Positions 38,172 to 50,205 are shown, counted from the stretch's first letter. The stretch is DNA of 64,000 nucleotides from Longimicrobiales bacterium (GCA_965202985.1 CBDBCF010000001.1:736001-800000), one strand, 5' to 3'. Notes: a model not told the origin generated them from the sequence alone. A program made the numbers and translations.

Positions 38172-39371
38172 CTACGAGGGCGACGCGGGGTTGCGGCTGC
38201 GGCCCAGCAGGCCGGCGCGGGCCATCTCGTCCAGGGCGGCGGCCGGGGATCGTGCGCGACCGGGCCGCGAGTCCGTCGTTGCCGGATGGGAGCGCACCCA
38301 ACGGACGAACTCGCGCAGGCCCTTCTGGAGGGGCGTCGAGGGGCGCCAGTCCAGGACGGGCGCGTCGGGCTGGGACGAGGGCGCATCGGGTTCGGGCGCG
38401 GCCCAGGCGTGGCGCACGTCGCCCATGCGGAACTCGCCCGTGACGACGGCGGCGTCCGCGGGGGCGTCCAGCTCGCGCCGCAACAGCTCCGCCACATCGG
38501 CGATGGTGGTGCGAACTCCGCTTCCCACGTCCAGGGTTGCCGAACCCCCGGGCGGCGTCCGCCGAACGGCTTCGGCGAGGGCCTCGGTCACGTCGTCCAC
38601 GTACACGAAGTCGCGGCTGGCCAAGCCGTCCTCGAAGAGCCGGACCGGTTCGCCGCGCAGCATCTGGGCCGAAAAGATCGACAGGATGCCCGTGTAGGGG
38701 TTCAGCAGCGACTGGCCGGGGCCATAGACGTTCTGCAAGCGGAGGACTGTCGTCGTCACACCGGCGGGGGGCAGCGCGGCGTGCAGCAGATGCTCCTGCG
38801 CCAGCTTGGCGGCGCCGTAAACGGACGACGGGGCCGGGCGCGTCCACGACGCGTCGGCAGCCATCGGTTCCAGGGAATCGCCCTTGGGACCCCGCGGCTC
38901 CCACCGGCCTTGGTCCAGGTCCGCGCGACGGCGGGGACCGGGGTATACGACCTCGCCGTCGCCTTCCCGGACACGGTACGGGCCTTCGCCGTAGACGGCC
39001 CGCGACGACGCCAGCACCACCCGTCGCGGTTGGAGCGTCCGCGCCACCACCAAGTCGCACAATACGGCCGTGCCGCCCGCGTTCTCGTCCACATAGCGCC
39101 GCGTCCTGTACATCGACTCCCCGGTGCCCGTTGCCGCGGCCAGGTGCACAACCACATCCGCACCGCTCTCGCCCGCGGCCCGCCAAGCATCCGGGTCCCG
39201 CACGTCGCCCCGAACAAAGCGGGCGCCGCCCAGGTCCGGGTCGGGCGCGTCTTCCCCGTGGACCCGCGCCAGCATCGCGTCCAGCACCGCCACCTCCGCC
39301 CCCTCGGACCGAAGGCGCGCCACCAGCCGCCGCCCGATGAACCCCGCGCCCCCGGTGACGAGAACCCTCAC
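38172..39371 (-). CDS. NAD-dependent epimerase/dehydratase
   Basis: VLVTGGAGFIG, HLAA, ASSRAVYG, YxxxK (YGAAK), NVYGPGQ, RDFVYVDD. Confidence 0.92.
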   Translation of the reverse strand: MRVLVTGGAGFIGRRLVARLRSEGAEVAVLDAMLARVHGEDAPDPDLGGARFVRGDVRDPDAWRAAGESGADVVVHLAAATGTGESMYRTRRYVDENAGGTAVLCDLVVARTLQPRRVVLASSRAVYGEGPYRVREGDGEVVYPGPRRRADLDQGRWEPRGPKGDSLEPMAADASWTRPAPSSVYGAAKLAQEHLLHAALPPAGVTTTVLRLQNVYGPGQSLLNPYTGILSIFSAQMLRGEPVRLFEDGLASRDFVYVDDVTEALAEAVRRTPPGGSATLDVGSGVRTTIADVAELLRRELDAPADAAVVTGEFRMGDVRHAWAAPEPDAPSSQPDAPVLDWRPSTPLQKGLREFVRWVRSHPATTDSRPGRARSPAAALDEMARAGLLGRSRNPASPS

Positions 39372-39384
39372 GCGACGAGGACCT

Positions 39385-40626
39385 TCACGCCGTCCACGGA
39401 ACCGCCTCGCCGCGAGCAGCCAGCGCGTCTCGGAACACGGTCCGCAAGCGCTCCGCCTGGGCATCCCGATGAAAGCGAGCAGTCACCGTCGCCCGGCCGG
39501 CCTTCCCCTCCCGACGCGCGCGTGCCGGGTCCTCGCCGTAGGCCCGAACCGCCTTCAACAACGCGCCCGAGTCGCCCGGCGGCACGAAGACGCCCGCGCC
39601 CGCGTCCTCCACCACCTTGCGCACGACACCGTCGATAGCCAGCAGGACCGGACGGCCCGCCGCCATGTAGTCGAACACCTTGTTGGGGTAGGTCGTGGCG
39701 AACAGCGGCAGGGGCTTGAGGATCGCCACGCACAAGTCGGCCGCCGCCAGCAGCCCCGGCACCTCGGACTTGGGCCGGGGACCCAGGAAACGGACGTTCT
39801 CCAGGCCCCGCTCTCGGGCCAAGTGCCGCAGGCGGTCCGAGTCGCGGCCCGCGCCCGCGAAGGCGAAGAGCTCGTTGCCCGGCCCGGCGGCCGCGGCCGC
39901 GTCCAGCACCACTTCCAGGTCGTTGGGCACGCCGTGGGCGCCGGCGTAGAGAACGACGAACCGGCCCTCCCAGCCCAACTTCCGCCGCCACGCTCGGCGA
40001 TCCCGGTCCGCCCGCAGGAAGGGGGCGGGGTCGGCACCGTTGGCCACCAGCGTCACCGCGCGGGCGCCCTCTGCCCGAACGTGGTCCTCGAACCCCGGCG
40101 AGTTGACCACGACCGTCGCGGCCCGCCGGTACAGGAACCGCTCCATGGCCTTGGCGGCCCGGACTGCGGCGCGGTTGCGGAGCACCCCCAGCGCCACGGC
40201 AAAGTCCGGCCACAAGTCCCGCACCTCCAGAACGAAGGGCGCCCCCTTCAGCCGGGCGAGAAGCCACGCGGACGGCGCCTGAAAGATCGGGGGCGTCGTG
40301 CCCCATACCACGTCCACGTTGCGCACGCGAAGCCCTGCAAGGAAGGAAGACGCGGCGAACGCCACGAAGCCGGCCACGCGGGCCGCGAACGACGAGCGCA
40401 GGCGGGTCGCGAACGACGGCGCCCAAGGTCGCACTACTGCGATACCGGGCGGGGGCTTCGGGCCGCTCGCCGCGGGGGTCGGGGCGCCGGACATGTAGTT
40501 GGACCCTCCGGCCACGACGGTGACGCGGTCGCCCTTCGCCGCCAAGCGCGACGCCAGCTCCCAGTGGCGGGTGCCGCCGGCCTCGCTTCCGGTGGCAAAC
40601 AGCTGGTGGATCAGGAGGACGTGCAC
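39385..40626 (-). CDS. Glycosyltransferase family 4 (WbuB-like)
   Basis: VHVLLIHQLF..GGTRH, 'EVRDLWPD', 'YAGAHG', 'YPNKVFDYMAAGRPV'. Confidence 0.9.
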   Translation of the reverse strand: MHVLLIHQLFATGSEAGGTRHWELASRLAAKGDRVTVVAGGSNYMSGAPTPAASGPKPPPGIAVVRPWAPSFATRLRSSFAARVAGFVAFAASSFLAGLRVRNVDVVWGTTPPIFQAPSAWLLARLKGAPFVLEVRDLWPDFAVALGVLRNRAAVRAAKAMERFLYRRAATVVVNSPGFEDHVRAEGARAVTLVANGADPAPFLRADRDRRAWRRKLGWEGRFVVLYAGAHGVPNDLEVVLDAAAAAGPGNELFAFAGAGRDSDRLRHLARERGLENVRFLGPRPKSEVPGLLAAADLCVAILKPLPLFATTYPNKVFDYMAAGRPVLLAIDGVVRKVVEDAGAGVFVPPGDSGALLKAVRAYGEDPARARREGKAGRATVTARFHRDAQAERLRTVFRDALAARGEAVPWTA

Positions 40627-40649
40627 GGGTCTCGAAGGTTCGGCGGCGC

Positions 40650-41633
40650 TCAGTAGTGCGCCAGCTTGAAGACGGCCTTGCGGGCCACGGCTCGGGTCTT
40701 GTGGATGCGGTTGCGCTGGTAGGCGTCCCAGCGGTCGGCGGTCCGTCGGAAGGCGTCTCCGCCCGCCAGCCGATGCTGGACTCGCAACTGGACTACGTGG
40801 AGCGCGTGGTAGAAGGGACTGGCCGGGTTCCGCAGCCGGCCGCCGGGCAGGTCGTACATCGACCAGTAGCCCATGTCGAACCGGGGCAGGCACGCTTGCA
40901 GGGTTTCGTTGCCCTGGTCGAAGAGCGCGCGGGCTTGGTCGTCTCCGGCGTGGACGGCCAAGTCGTAGAGCCCCCACGACGCCCAGAGGAAGCCGTTCAG
41001 GATGTGGGTCGGCGGGTTCACCACGGTCTCTTCGAACCAGACCCGGCCTTCGGCGTCCCAGTGGCTGACGCCGCCTTCCGCCAGTGGCTTGCGAAAGGAC
41101 CGGGCGGCGTCGCGCGCGGCGTCCAGATAGTGCGCCGAGCCGGTGTGCGCGTGGGCCCGCACCAGGAGCGACACGCCCTGCCCCTGCGACAGCGCCGAGT
41201 ACCAGGGCGCCTTGAGCGGGGTCCGGTACTCCCAGTCGAAGTGGTGGTTCCAGACCGCCAGGCCGGCGGGGTTCGGCTCCAGGTTCTCGACCAGCCAGTC
41301 CGCGGCCAGCATGAACTTGCGTCGCGCCTCCGCCCCGGCGGCGGAACGGAAGGCGTTGTAGTTGCCCAAGCCGTACTGGGCCACGGCGATCGGGTTGTAC
41401 TGGAGCCCCACGTGACCGTGGTAGTCCAGCATCGGCACGCCCCGCGCGTCGAAGGGGCCGGGATAGCGCGCCTTGGCGTGGAACCGCTGCCAGTACTGGT
41501 CCACCATCCCCGGCTCGGCCTGTTCGTTGAGCTCCGGCGCGCCGTGCCAGAAGGTGAGGTGGCTGGCGCGACGGCCCGAGTAGGCGGAGAAGATGCGCCT
41601 CCAGTATCGCAACCGGGCCAGGGCTCGGGTCAC
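40650..41633 (-). CDS. D-glucuronyl C5-epimerase family protein
   Basis: 'YNPIAVAQYGL', 'WYSALSQGQGVSLLVRAH', 'WFEE...HILNGF', 'FDMGYWSMYDL', 'YHALHVVQL': conserved GLCE C-terminal domain motifs. Start approximate. Confidence 0.85.
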   Translation of the reverse strand: MTRALARLRYWRRIFSAYSGRRASHLTFWHGAPELNEQAEPGMVDQYWQRFHAKARYPGPFDARGVPMLDYHGHVGLQYNPIAVAQYGLGNYNAFRSAAGAEARRKFMLAADWLVENLEPNPAGLAVWNHHFDWEYRTPLKAPWYSALSQGQGVSLLVRAHAHTGSAHYLDAARDAARSFRKPLAEGGVSHWDAEGRVWFEETVVNPPTHILNGFLWASWGLYDLAVHAGDDQARALFDQGNETLQACLPRFDMGYWSMYDLPGGRLRNPASPFYHALHVVQLRVQHRLAGGDAFRRTADRWDAYQRNRIHKTRAVARKAVFKLAHY

Positions 41634-41708
41634 GAAGGGCGCAAGGGGTTCCGGGTCGGGTTGTTGGTCACGTGGAAAGGGCGACGGGGAACCTTTTGAC
41701 GGTCTTGG

Positions 41709-41717
41709 AGTATAACA
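41709..41717 (-). promoter_or_regulatory. Extended -10 promoter (TGnTATACT) for the C5-epimerase to asnB genes
   Basis: Minus strand reads TGTTATACT about 75 nt upstream of the epimerase. Confidence 0.5.
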
Positions 41718-41814
41718 GGTGTTGGCCCCACCACATCCAAGCAAGAAGCCTCAATATGAAGAGCGACATCTTCTCCACGGTCCACTTGGCTGCAGAACCT
41801 CGGGCGCTAGTCGT

Positions 41815-42417
41815 ATGAGCCTCTTGAGGCGCACCAGGCGCGGGCCTTCGGCCTTGGCTCCGGTGTTCGCAAGCGTCGGAGTCTTGGCCGTCGGCACCTG
41901 CTCCCTGGTGGAGAACAACACGTGCTGCTGGCTCGAGATCCGCCCGCGTCACGGTGGTCCAACCGACAGCTCGGCGGCGTACATCACCTCGCTGCTTGAT
42001 TCCGCGGGTCTGGCGGGCATCGAAATCGGAGTGCTCGGCAGAGTGTTCGCGGCCGACGACTTCAAGCCTACGGCAGGGGGATGGGCGACCGAGTATCCGC
42101 GGCTTCCGGTTACGGAGCACGGGGCACCGTCCGCATGGGTTCGACTCGTGCAGGAAGGTCGCGAGGCAACCATTGGCACGATGTCGTGGACGCTCGAGCA
42201 CAACACCGCCTGGTCGCTGATGTTCGACCGCACCGACCAGCCCCCGTGGGTCTACTTCCTTTCCGACTACTACGAGGACAAGTGCAACTTGGAGGTCTAT
42301 CCTTGTCGGTACAAGCGTCTGCCGATCGCCGAGGACCTTGCGAATTATCCGGGCGAATCCTTGTGGCTGGTGCTTGTGGAGTTCCCGGCCAAGGTGCCGA
42401 AAGGGGCGGTCAGCTAG
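41815..42417 (+). CDS. Hypothetical exported/lipoprotein-like protein
   Basis: Coding-like codon usage; basic N-terminus, hydrophobic stretch, then Cys; no family recognised. Confidence 0.55.
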   Translation: MSLLRRTRRGPSALAPVFASVGVLAVGTCSLVENNTCCWLEIRPRHGGPTDSSAAYITSLLDSAGLAGIEIGVLGRVFAADDFKPTAGGWATEYPRLPVTEHGAPSAWVRLVQEGREATIGTMSWTLEHNTAWSLMFDRTDQPPWVYFLSDYYEDKCNLEVYPCRYKRLPIAEDLANYPGESLWLVLVEFPAKVPKGAVS

Positions 42418-43120
42418 AAGGAAGAGCCTCCTGCTCGCGGGCCAGCAGGTTGGCCAGCTGCAGGTCCAGCTCCGAGTCCACGCACACGGAGCGGTGCTCG
42501 GGCATCTCGTAGGGACGGATTCGGTCGCCCCACATGGAGTCGCCCAGGAGCACGTTGCGGCGGACCAGGTAGACGGCGCCGTTTCGCATGTAGGCGGCGG
42601 GCCGGTAGTCTTGGCGTCGCGTGCCCTCGGGCTCCGGGACGCAGAAGGGGCGCAGGTAGCCGTCTTCGACGCGCTTCATCAAGACGGGGTGGACCGCGTG
42701 GACGCGCACCACGGAGATCACCGAATCGCAGTCGCCCTGCTCGGCCAGGGCCACGGCGCCCTCCACGTCTTCGCGGGTGCGCAGCGGACTGGTCGGTTGC
42801 AGGAGCAGGACCCAGTCCACGGGGGCGCCGCCGTCCGCTTCGGCGAACTCCAGGGCGTGACGGGCCACCGGGACCATCGGCGCTTGGTCGTCGGCCAAGC
42901 GGGCGGGCCGCAGGAACGGCACGTCTCCCCCCGCCTGCCGGGCCACGCGAGCCACCTCGGGGTCGTCGGTGCTCACGACGGTGCGAAACACCAAGTCCCG
43001 CACCTCCGCCGCCGTTCGGACGGCGCGCGCGACCAGAGAGTCGCCCCCGACCCGCCGCAGGTTCTTGCGAGGCACGCCCTTGGAGCCGCCGCGGGCGGGG
43101 ATCACGCCTAGGATCCGCAT
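42410..43120 (-). CDS. neuA: Acylneuraminate (nonulosonate) cytidylyltransferase
   Basis: IPARGGSKGVPRKN, STDD, FLRP, LQPTSPLR, NGAVY. Confidence 0.93.
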   Translation of the reverse strand: MRILGVIPARGGSKGVPRKNLRRVGGDSLVARAVRTAAEVRDLVFRTVVSTDDPEVARVARQAGGDVPFLRPARLADDQAPMVPVARHALEFAEADGGAPVDWVLLLQPTSPLRTREDVEGAVALAEQGDCDSVISVVRVHAVHPVLMKRVEDGYLRPFCVPEPEGTRRQDYRPAAYMRNGAVYLVRRNVLLGDSMWGDRIRPYEMPEHRSVCVDSELDLQLANLLAREQEALPSS

Positions 43121-44292
43121 CAGTAGGCGATCTGCTTGGCCACGGGGAGCGCTGGGCCGGCCAGCAGCGCAGCGGCCCGTTCGCCCGCGCGACCGTCGCC
43201 GTAGAGGTCGGAGCGCGCGTAGCGGCCGTGTCCGAGCTGGGCCTCGACGGCGGACTGGATGGCGCGGCGTTCGTGAGGCGCGTCGGTCACGTTGGAGGCT
43301 CGGTCGCGGCCGGCTTGGCGGTTCCCCACGTTGACGACCGGCAGGCCCAGGAACGCCCCCTCGCGGATCCCCGCCGACGAGTTGCCGATCAGGCAGGCGG
43401 CCCCGTCCAGCAGCCGCACGAAGTCCTCGGGCGACAGGTTCTTGAAGAAGTACACGTGGTCCATGGGGCGCGTCTCGCGGTGATGGCGGATGCCCTTGGA
43501 CACCAGGTCGGAGCCGGCGTCGACGTTGGGCCAGAACCAGAACGTGGGGCGGCCCATCGCCTCTACGGCGGCCAGCGTTTCCCGGATCTGGTCCGGGGCG
43601 CGCTCGTACTCGGTCGTCACGGGGTGTTGCAGGACGACAAGGTATTCGCCGGGCTCCGGCTGGAAGGGTTCACCCACGCCGGCGTAGCCGCCGAAGGGGT
43701 TGAAGGCCGCCGGCGCCGGCTCGGCCAGCGTGCGGGACGCCAAGTCGATCGATGGGCAGCCGGTCACGTGAACCGTCGCCGGGTCCTCGCCCATGCGCAC
43801 CACGCGGTCGCGCGCGGCGTCGTTGGAGACGAAGTGCACGTTGGCCAGCTTGGTCACGGCGTGACGCACCTTCTCGTCGATGGAGCCGGTGACTTCGCCG
43901 CCTTGGACGTGGGCCAGCGGGATGTTCAGGTAGGACGCGGCGATGGCGGTGGCGATCGTCTCGTAGCGGTCCGCCACGGAGACCACCACGCCGGGCTTCA
44001 AATTGTCGAAGATCGTGGCGAGTTCGACGACGCCCAGGCCGGTGGACTTGGCCGTGGTGACCAGGTTCTCGCCCTCCACGACCATGTACACCACGGCGTC
44101 GGGCTCGAAGCCGTCGGCCCGCATGACGTCCACGACGGGGCCGTAGCGCTCCAGCAGAGCCGACGCGCCCACGACCAGGAGCAGCTCCAGCTCCGGATGC
44201 GCGTCCACGGCCTGCAAGAGCGACTTGACCCGGGCGTAGCTGGGACGGGCCGTCACCACCACGCACACGCGGCGCTTGCTTCCGGTGATCAC
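43120..44292 (-). CDS. neuC: UDP-N-acetylglucosamine 2-epimerase (hydrolysing)
   Basis: TARPSY, DRYE, HVQGGEVTGSIDEKVRHAVTKLA, QHPVT, GNSSAGIRE, YGDG. Confidence 0.92.
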   Translation of the reverse strand: MITGSKRRVCVVVTARPSYARVKSLLQAVDAHPELELLLVVGASALLERYGPVVDVMRADGFEPDAVVYMVVEGENLVTTAKSTGLGVVELATIFDNLKPGVVVSVADRYETIATAIAASYLNIPLAHVQGGEVTGSIDEKVRHAVTKLANVHFVSNDAARDRVVRMGEDPATVHVTGCPSIDLASRTLAEPAPAAFNPFGGYAGVGEPFQPEPGEYLVVLQHPVTTEYERAPDQIRETLAAVEAMGRPTFWFWPNVDAGSDLVSKGIRHHRETRPMDHVYFFKNLSPEDFVRLLDGAACLIGNSSAGIREGAFLGLPVVNVGNRQAGRDRASNVTDAPHERRAIQSAVEAQLGHGRYARSDLYGDGRAGERAAALLAGPALPVAKQIAY

Positions 44293-45380
44293 GACGGGGA
44301 TGGGGACTGGGGCCGGGACGGCGCTTGGCAGAAGCGCAGCAGCTTCTCGGCCATGAACACCTCGGTTCGGGCCATGGACTCAAACGTAGCGCCGCCGACA
44401 TGGGGCGTGACGAGGACGTCGGTTCGGTCGCGCGCCAGGGACAAGAGACGGCTGCGGTGCGGTCCCCCGTCGGCGGTCTCGCCTGCCAGCACGTCCAGCG
44501 CGGCGCCTCCCAGGGCGCCCGATTCCAGCGCCGCGGCCAAGGCGTCTTCGTCCACGACGACGCCTCGGGAGGTGTTGACCAGCACGGCGCCCGGGGGAAG
44601 CGCGGCCAGGACACGGGCGTTCACGAGCCCTCGGGTTGCGGGCGACAGGGGCACATGCACGGACAGGACGTCCGACCGTCGGGCCAGCGACTCGGGGTCG
44701 GGCAGCCGCTCCACGTCCGTGGGCCAGTCCGCCGGCGAGGGGTCGCAGCCGGCCACCTTCATGCCGAACGCCAGCCCGCAGCGCGCCACGCGCCGTCCGA
44801 TCCGTCCCATGCCCAGGACGCCGAGGGCGCGGCCCGCCAGCTCGCGGCCGCGGAAGCGATCCCGGTCCCAGGGCTCGGTCGTGGCGTGGCGGTGCGCCCA
44901 TGGAATCCGCCGCGACAGGGCCAGCAGCAGCGCCCAGGCGTGCTCCGCCGTGGCGTGTACCGTGTCCAGGAACTCGGTCTCGCCCCGCAGCGACAGAACC
45001 GTCACGCCGCGGCGGCGGGCAGCGTCCAGGTCCAGGTGGTCCAGGCCAGTGGTGGCGGTGGCCACGACCTTCAGGTCCGGAGCGCGGGCTAGCAGATCGT
45101 CGTCCACGCGGTGCCGAAGGCGGACGATCAAGGCCGTCGCCCACGAGACGCGGTCAAGGAGCGCCCGCCGGTCCAGATCCTCCAGGCGAACGTCGCCGGC
45201 ACGGGCCAGGAGTGCAGCGGCTTCCTGCGAGTAGCCCGCGGATTCGGCGTTGAGGATGCGGTGGGCGGGCCGGCCAACCGTGGGCCCCCGTGCGCCTAGG
45301 GGTGCGTCTTGGGGCATGTCCGTGGTGACGCCCGGAAGCCCGCCCGGGTCTGCGTCCGCCGTCGGTCGGGCTGGGCTCAT
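44289..45380 (-). CDS. D-isomer-specific 2-hydroxyacid dehydrogenase (SerA-like)
   Basis: TGLDHLD, ATAEH, GMGRIG, NTSRG, ALDV, TPHVGG; ATGA overlap with neuB stop. Confidence 0.85.
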   Translation of the reverse strand: MSPARPTADADPGGLPGVTTDMPQDAPLGARGPTVGRPAHRILNAESAGYSQEAAALLARAGDVRLEDLDRRALLDRVSWATALIVRLRHRVDDDLLARAPDLKVVATATTGLDHLDLDAARRRGVTVLSLRGETEFLDTVHATAEHAWALLLALSRRIPWAHRHATTEPWDRDRFRGRELAGRALGVLGMGRIGRRVARCGLAFGMKVAGCDPSPADWPTDVERLPDPESLARRSDVLSVHVPLSPATRGLVNARVLAALPPGAVLVNTSRGVVVDEDALAAALESGALGGAALDVLAGETADGGPHRSRLLSLARDRTDVLVTPHVGGATFESMARTEVFMAEKLLRFCQAPSRPQSPSPS

Positions 45381-46420
45381 GGGGCCACGGGCTCCAGGTC
45401 GGACTCTTGGAGGTGGCTCCCGGAGGGCACGTTCCGCCGGAGCAGACGCCCCGACAGGGCCGGAATGCGGGCGGCGGAGATGCCGGTCCCGGGTTTGCGG
45501 GGGACCAAGTCTCCAGGGCCGATGCGGTGCCCCGCCGGCAAGGGGCGCGCGGCGACGGCGCTCTTCGAGAAGAGGGCGCGCACCGGGGCCAGTTCGCGGG
45601 CCATGGCGTCCTTGTCCACCGGATGAGCGCGGGCGGTCCGCAGGAACTCGGCGCCGCGGCACAGCTGGGCGAGTTCGTCGATCGTCACCGACGAGGCTTG
45701 GTCGGGGCCGAAGGCGCGCCGGGACAAGGTGACGTGCACCTCCACGACGTCGGCGCCCAGGGCCACGGCGGCCAAAGACGGGAAGATCGTCCCCGAGTGG
45801 TCGGAGAGACCTGCCGGCGCGCCGTAGCGAGCCTTCATTTCGGACAGGATGTTGAGGCCCGCGTCTTCGGGACCCGACGGATACTTGGACGTGCATTGGA
45901 GGAGGGCGAAGGAGGCGTCGGCGGCCTTGGCACGGGACACGACGCCGTCGATCTCGGACCAGTCGCTCATCCCCGTGGAGACCAGGACCGGCTTGCCCGA
46001 CGCCAGCATCCGGTCCAGCAGGCCGGGCGTGGCCACTTCGCCCGACGCCGCCTTCCACGCCGACACGCCTACGCGCGACAGCAGGTCGAACGCCTCGTCG
46101 GAGAACGGCGACGACATGAAGGCCAGACCGCACTTGTCGGCGTGCTTCCGAAGGCCCCGCCACTGGTCTTCCGTGAACTCCATTCGGCGCCAGTAGTCGT
46201 AGCGGCTGGCGTCCTGGGGGCTGAAGGGAACGCGCCAAGGCTCTTCGCGGGTGCTTTCGGCGGCGGCGATGTGCGTTTGGAACTTGATCGCGTCCGCCCC
46301 CGCGTCCGCCACGGCGTCGACGAAGGCGTGGGCCGTTCCCAAGCTGCCGTCGTGAGCCTGGGCCACTTCGGCGACGACGGGCGGGAAGGGGGCGGCGTTC
46401 GCGACGGGATTAGTGCTCAC
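45377..46420 (-). CDS. neuB: N-acetylneuraminate/nonulosonate synthase with SAF domain
   Basis: AEVAQAHDGS, KFQTH, SSPFS, ASGE, STGMS, QCTSKYP, GLSDHS, EVH, KPGTGI. Confidence 0.92.
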   Translation of the reverse strand: MSTNPVANAAPFPPVVAEVAQAHDGSLGTAHAFVDAVADAGADAIKFQTHIAAAESTREEPWRVPFSPQDASRYDYWRRMEFTEDQWRGLRKHADKCGLAFMSSPFSDEAFDLLSRVGVSAWKAASGEVATPGLLDRMLASGKPVLVSTGMSDWSEIDGVVSRAKAADASFALLQCTSKYPSGPEDAGLNILSEMKARYGAPAGLSDHSGTIFPSLAAVALGADVVEVHVTLSRRAFGPDQASSVTIDELAQLCRGAEFLRTARAHPVDKDAMARELAPVRALFSKSAVAARPLPAGHRIGPGDLVPRKPGTGISAARIPALSGRLLRRNVPSGSHLQESDLEPVAP

Positions 46421-46866
46421 GGCAACTCCATGGCGAAGACGCGGGCGTCCTCCGCCGGTTCGCGGTAGTACGACGCCTGGGCGCCGATCTCTTGGAAGCC
46501 GAACTGCCGGTACAGCTTGGCGGCGCCCTCGTTGGAGGCGCGAACCGCCAGGAAGACCCACGTCGCGCCGCGCTTCCGGGCCGCGTCCACGGCTTCGCGG
46601 AGCAGTGCGCGCCCCAAACCGGCCCGCCGGCGCGCCGGACAGACGGCCAAGTTCGCCAGCTCCGACTCTCCGACCGTGGAACGCATGACCGCGTATCCCG
46701 CCACGCGACCGTCCGACTCCGCGACCACGATGTCCACGCTGGGCCTTCCCAAGAGCGACGCGAAGGTCTCCCGGCACCAAGGCTGCGCAAAGGAGTCCGC
46801 CTCGACCTGGGCGATCTGGTCCAGGTCGTCCTCCTCGGCCTGCCGGAGTCGAACGGCGTCGGTCAC
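46417..46866 (-). CDS. rimI: Ribosomal protein S18-alanine N-acetyltransferase
   Basis: 'SFAQPW', 'ANLAV.PARRRAGLG', 'VRASNEGAAKLYRQFGF...YY..PAEDA'; follows tsaB. Confidence 0.85.
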   Translation of the reverse strand: MTDAVRLRQAEEDDLDQIAQVEADSFAQPWCRETFASLLGRPSVDIVVAESDGRVAGYAVMRSTVGESELANLAVCPARRRAGLGRALLREAVDAARKRGATWVFLAVRASNEGAAKLYRQFGFQEIGAQASYYREPAEDARVFAMELP

Positions 46867-47717
46867 CCCGGCCTCCATTCGCGCACGTAGTCCGGCTCCC
46901 AGTCCGCGACGTCCACCGGCGCCCATCGGCAGCAGCAGAGCACGGCGGCGGCCACGGGCACCCCGGCCGGAGGCGGCGCCACGGCGTACCCGGCGGCTTC
47001 GAGCAACCTCTTGTGGACCTCCGCCCCGCTTCCCGCGAACACGGTTCCCATCGGCGGCCGCCGGTTGATCACGTCCACGACCGTGCCCCCGTGAGGCGCG
47101 GTCACCTCGATCGGACCCTCGGCGCCCACGTCGTAGCAGGCGCCGTAGACCCGCCCGCCCCGGGCGTCGGCCAGGATGTACCTGACTTGGCGACGGTCTT
47201 CCGGGAGAGTGGCGGTGAGCGACCCAGACGCCGACGGGCCGAGCGGCCCTGCTACGTCCGGGACCAGGGCCGACACCCCCGCCATGGACTCTTGAGCGAA
47301 CGCGGCGGCGCGCAAGCTGGACGTAGCGCAGAGGGGGACGTTCAGAGCGCGCGCCAAGCCCTTCGCCGTCGCCGCGCCGACCCGTACCCCCGTGAACGAC
47401 CCCGGCCCCGCGCCCACTGCCACGCCCTCCAAGTCTTCCCGACTTCGGCCCGCGTCCTCCAGCACTCCCCGGATCGCCGGAATCAGCCGGTCGGCGTGGC
47501 TGGCCTGGTCGCCCAAGGACCGCACGGCCGCCACGACCCCGTCCACGGCCACCGCCACCGACCCCGGCGGCCCCGACGTCTCGATCCCCAAGAAGCATCC
47601 CGGCGGAAGCCCGACCCCCTGCGAGCGCCGCGCGTCTCGGGCGCGCTTCGCATCCGGCGCGGCCCGCGGCCCCGGCGAGACCTCCGTGGCGGATCCGGCC
47701 CGCGCGCGACGCCTCAC
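46863..47717 (-). CDS. tsaB: tRNA threonylcarbamoyladenosine biosynthesis protein TsaB
   Basis: LGIETSG, HADRL, GPGSFTGVRVG, DARGG.VY, EPDYVR. Start uncertain (GTGA overlap at 47717 used). Confidence 0.85.
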   Translation of the reverse strand: MRRRARAGSATEVSPGPRAAPDAKRARDARRSQGVGLPPGCFLGIETSGPPGSVAVAVDGVVAAVRSLGDQASHADRLIPAIRGVLEDAGRSREDLEGVAVGAGPGSFTGVRVGAATAKGLARALNVPLCATSSLRAAAFAQESMAGVSALVPDVAGPLGPSASGSLTATLPEDRRQVRYILADARGGRVYGACYDVGAEGPIEVTAPHGGTVVDVINRRPPMGTVFAGSGAEVHKRLLEAAGYAVAPPPAGVPVAAAVLCCCRWAPVDVADWEPDYVREWRPG

Positions 47718-48165
47718 GCCAGCAACGCGGGGAAGCCCGGCAGCGCCGACGGCTCCCCGTGCCGTCGCACCTCGGCGGTGCGCAGGTCGGGCTCGTCCGC
47801 CAACCCCAGTTCGATCTCCCATCGGTCGTCCGGCAGTTCGCCGCCGGCCCGGCAAGCCCACTCGACCAGCACGATGGCGCGGTCGGCCAACACATCGTCC
47901 CACCCGACCCCGGCCAGCTCCTCCACGGCGGCAATCCGGTACAGGTCCGCGTGCACCAGCGCACCCCCGCCGGGAAGCTCGTACCGGAAGAGCACGTTGA
48001 ACGTCGGCGAAGGCACCACGCCCCGCACGCCGGCCCCCTCGGCCACCGACCGCGCGAAGACGGACTTCCCCGCACCCAACGGCCCCTCGAGCCCGATGAA
48101 CACGGGCAGCTCGACCCCGGCGCCGACCCGCCGACCCCATGCAGCCATCTGGTCTTCGGCGAGCC

Positions 48166-48169
<4 letters not shown>
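47714..48169 (-). CDS. tsaE: tRNA threonylcarbamoyladenosine biosynthesis ATPase TsaE
   Basis: [23 protein letters not shown]. Confidence 0.9.
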
Positions 48170-50197
<2,028 letters not shown>

Positions 50198-50205
<8 letters not shown>

